Source: Zygnema circumcarinatum SAG 698-1b (taxonomy: Eukaryota > Plantae > Zygnematophyceae). From it: 64,000 nt of DNA. The notes below the pieces were generated by a model, which was not told the DNA's origin, made no database searches, and was given only the letters and a program-made list of their open reading frames with translations. Positions 62,791 through 64,000 of the stretch are shown piece by piece. Position 1 is the stretch's first letter; each line of letters opens with the position of its first letter. The stretch is taken from contig CM074807.1 of NCBI GenBank assembly GCA_037447605.1, forward strand, positions 3,980,829-4,044,828, in the 5' to 3' direction. The position numbers and the translations under genes were made by a program.

Positions 62791-63015
62791 GATGAAAACG
62801 ATGACAAAGCTTTTGCCTACGGCAACGCAAAAACAAAAAGCTTTTGTATGGTGAGATGTGGGAAGTCGGTGAATTAATTGAACAAATTAAGTTCTTTTTG
62901 TTGCAAGTTTGATATCAGAAGGAGTACTTTAGGGACATAATGATGACCTTGCAGAGGAGTATTACTTTTTTTCTCATCTTGTGAGCCCTAATGATGGCAG
63001 ATCGAGACCGAGGAG

Positions 63016-63173
63016 GGGGGTGTCAGACTTAACAAAATCTTACGAAAAGCGTTACGAAAAAAAAAGGTTACGAAAGTACTCCGCCGCAGGAGGATCGCGA
63101 TTATATTGGAGTACTTGTTCTGATTTCAAACTTACGAACACGCGTACTGAAATTTTTTAAGTCTGACACCCCC
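63016..63173. mobile_element. 158-bp mini inverted-repeat element
   Basis: 17-bp TIR GGGGGTGTCAGACTTAA / TTAAGTCTGACACCCCC, with an internal inverted pair aagtactcc/ggagtactt. No clear TSD. Confidence 0.55.
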
Positions 63174-63701
63174 TATTGCGAGATGTACGGTCGAGATTCA
63201 GACGAGGTTCGTACGGTCATAGGCCACATCCGTACATTTTGTACACTTGTACTGTACGGTATTGACGCCTTCGGTACTGTACTGTACAGTAACCGTAATG
63301 TAACCGAACACAACTGATACGGTACGGACTTGTTCGTACAATCTGCATTCTGTTCCATGCGAGAAATGGTTACAGTTCCTATTTCACGGGTAACTGGATG
63401 TTTCCATGCATGTAGACCCGTTCTGGCTGACCTATTTTTGACCGTGGACGACCCCTTGGCATTTCAGCATTTGCAGGGCAATTGCTCGTGGTCTTATCGG
63501 CTGCTCCTGCAGCTGCATTTCGTTTAGAACAAGAATATACAAATATTTATGATACCAATATATTGTTATAAAGCCTAGAAGTGCAGCACATTGTGTCCAT
63601 ACATGGGCAGATGTTATCGAATACCGACTTAGCAAAAGGGAGGTAGCAAAACGGGGAGCAAACGTTGACTTCAAACCCTAATTGCGGTCTGCAAGGGAGC
63701 C

Positions 63702-64000
63702 ATGGCTGCTCGTCCGATGTCACCTATCGACAGAAAAGAGAGCCCGGAAACTATTCCGGCAAAAGAACCCTCTTTGGAGAGGGAGGAGTCTCTGGGAGAT
63801 GCTGTAAACCTGCAACGCTTAGCGAAGCTTTCTATGCAGAGCCACGATCGGCCATGGCGGCCCGAGTCGAAGGGTAGCTCATGGCAGGTAGTAGGCCCCA
63901 TTCCTCTGCCTTCCAGCGTATCAGAGAGCTCCTCTGTGATGTTTTCTGAGGATGATTCCGAAGATTCGGAGGAGGAGAAGCATCCAAGGGCGGTGGGCCA
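63702..64000 (+). CDS. 5' end of an unidentified protein (MAARPMSPIDRKESPE...EDDSEDSEEEKHPRAVG), open to the window end
   Basis: gccATGg context, AAACCCTAA telo-box at 63673 and 99 stop-free codons of Ser/Glu-rich sequence. It is missing from the ORF track because there is no stop in the window. Confidence 0.6.
   Translation, partial: MAARPMSPIDRKESPETIPAKEPSLEREESLGDAVNLQRLAKLSMQSHDRPWRPESKGSSWQVVGPIPLPSSVSESSSVMFSEDDSEDSEEEKHPRAVG

Overview
Eukaryotic nuclear DNA from the green-plant lineage. The GT-AG introns, plant-type proteins, GC-rich exons and extreme (AG)n/(CT)n load suggest a streptophyte alga or non-seed plant (inference). The window is a draft scaffold with 10-N gaps. Five spliced genes could be reconstructed by hand with continuous frames: a PLAC8 protein (-), a plastid-type UVR+ApaG protein (-), the 17-exon PRP16/DHX38 DEAH splicing helicase (+), a universal stress protein (+) and a POB1/LRB-like BTB-BACK protein (-). 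There is also an intronless UIEF/CHTOP-like RG-rich export adaptor (-), plus several unidentified or partial ORFs. A 16.7-kb Ty3/gypsy nest (36456-53181, bounded by TGTAGC...GCTACA and a CCTT duplication) splits a divergent gene pair. It appears to be a non-chromovirus host element carrying two chromovirus insertions. The LTRs of one chromovirus contain a tRNA-like, Pol III A/B-box-like cassette, the most unusual signal I found. Non-autonomous DNA transposons (Mutator-like with 8/9-bp TSDs, Tc1/mariner-like with TA TSD), compound micro- and minisatellites, and a gap-flanking 1365-bp duplication fill the rest. No rRNA, CRISPR or prokaryotic system is present. All exon and repeat calls come from manual reading, not from a database search.
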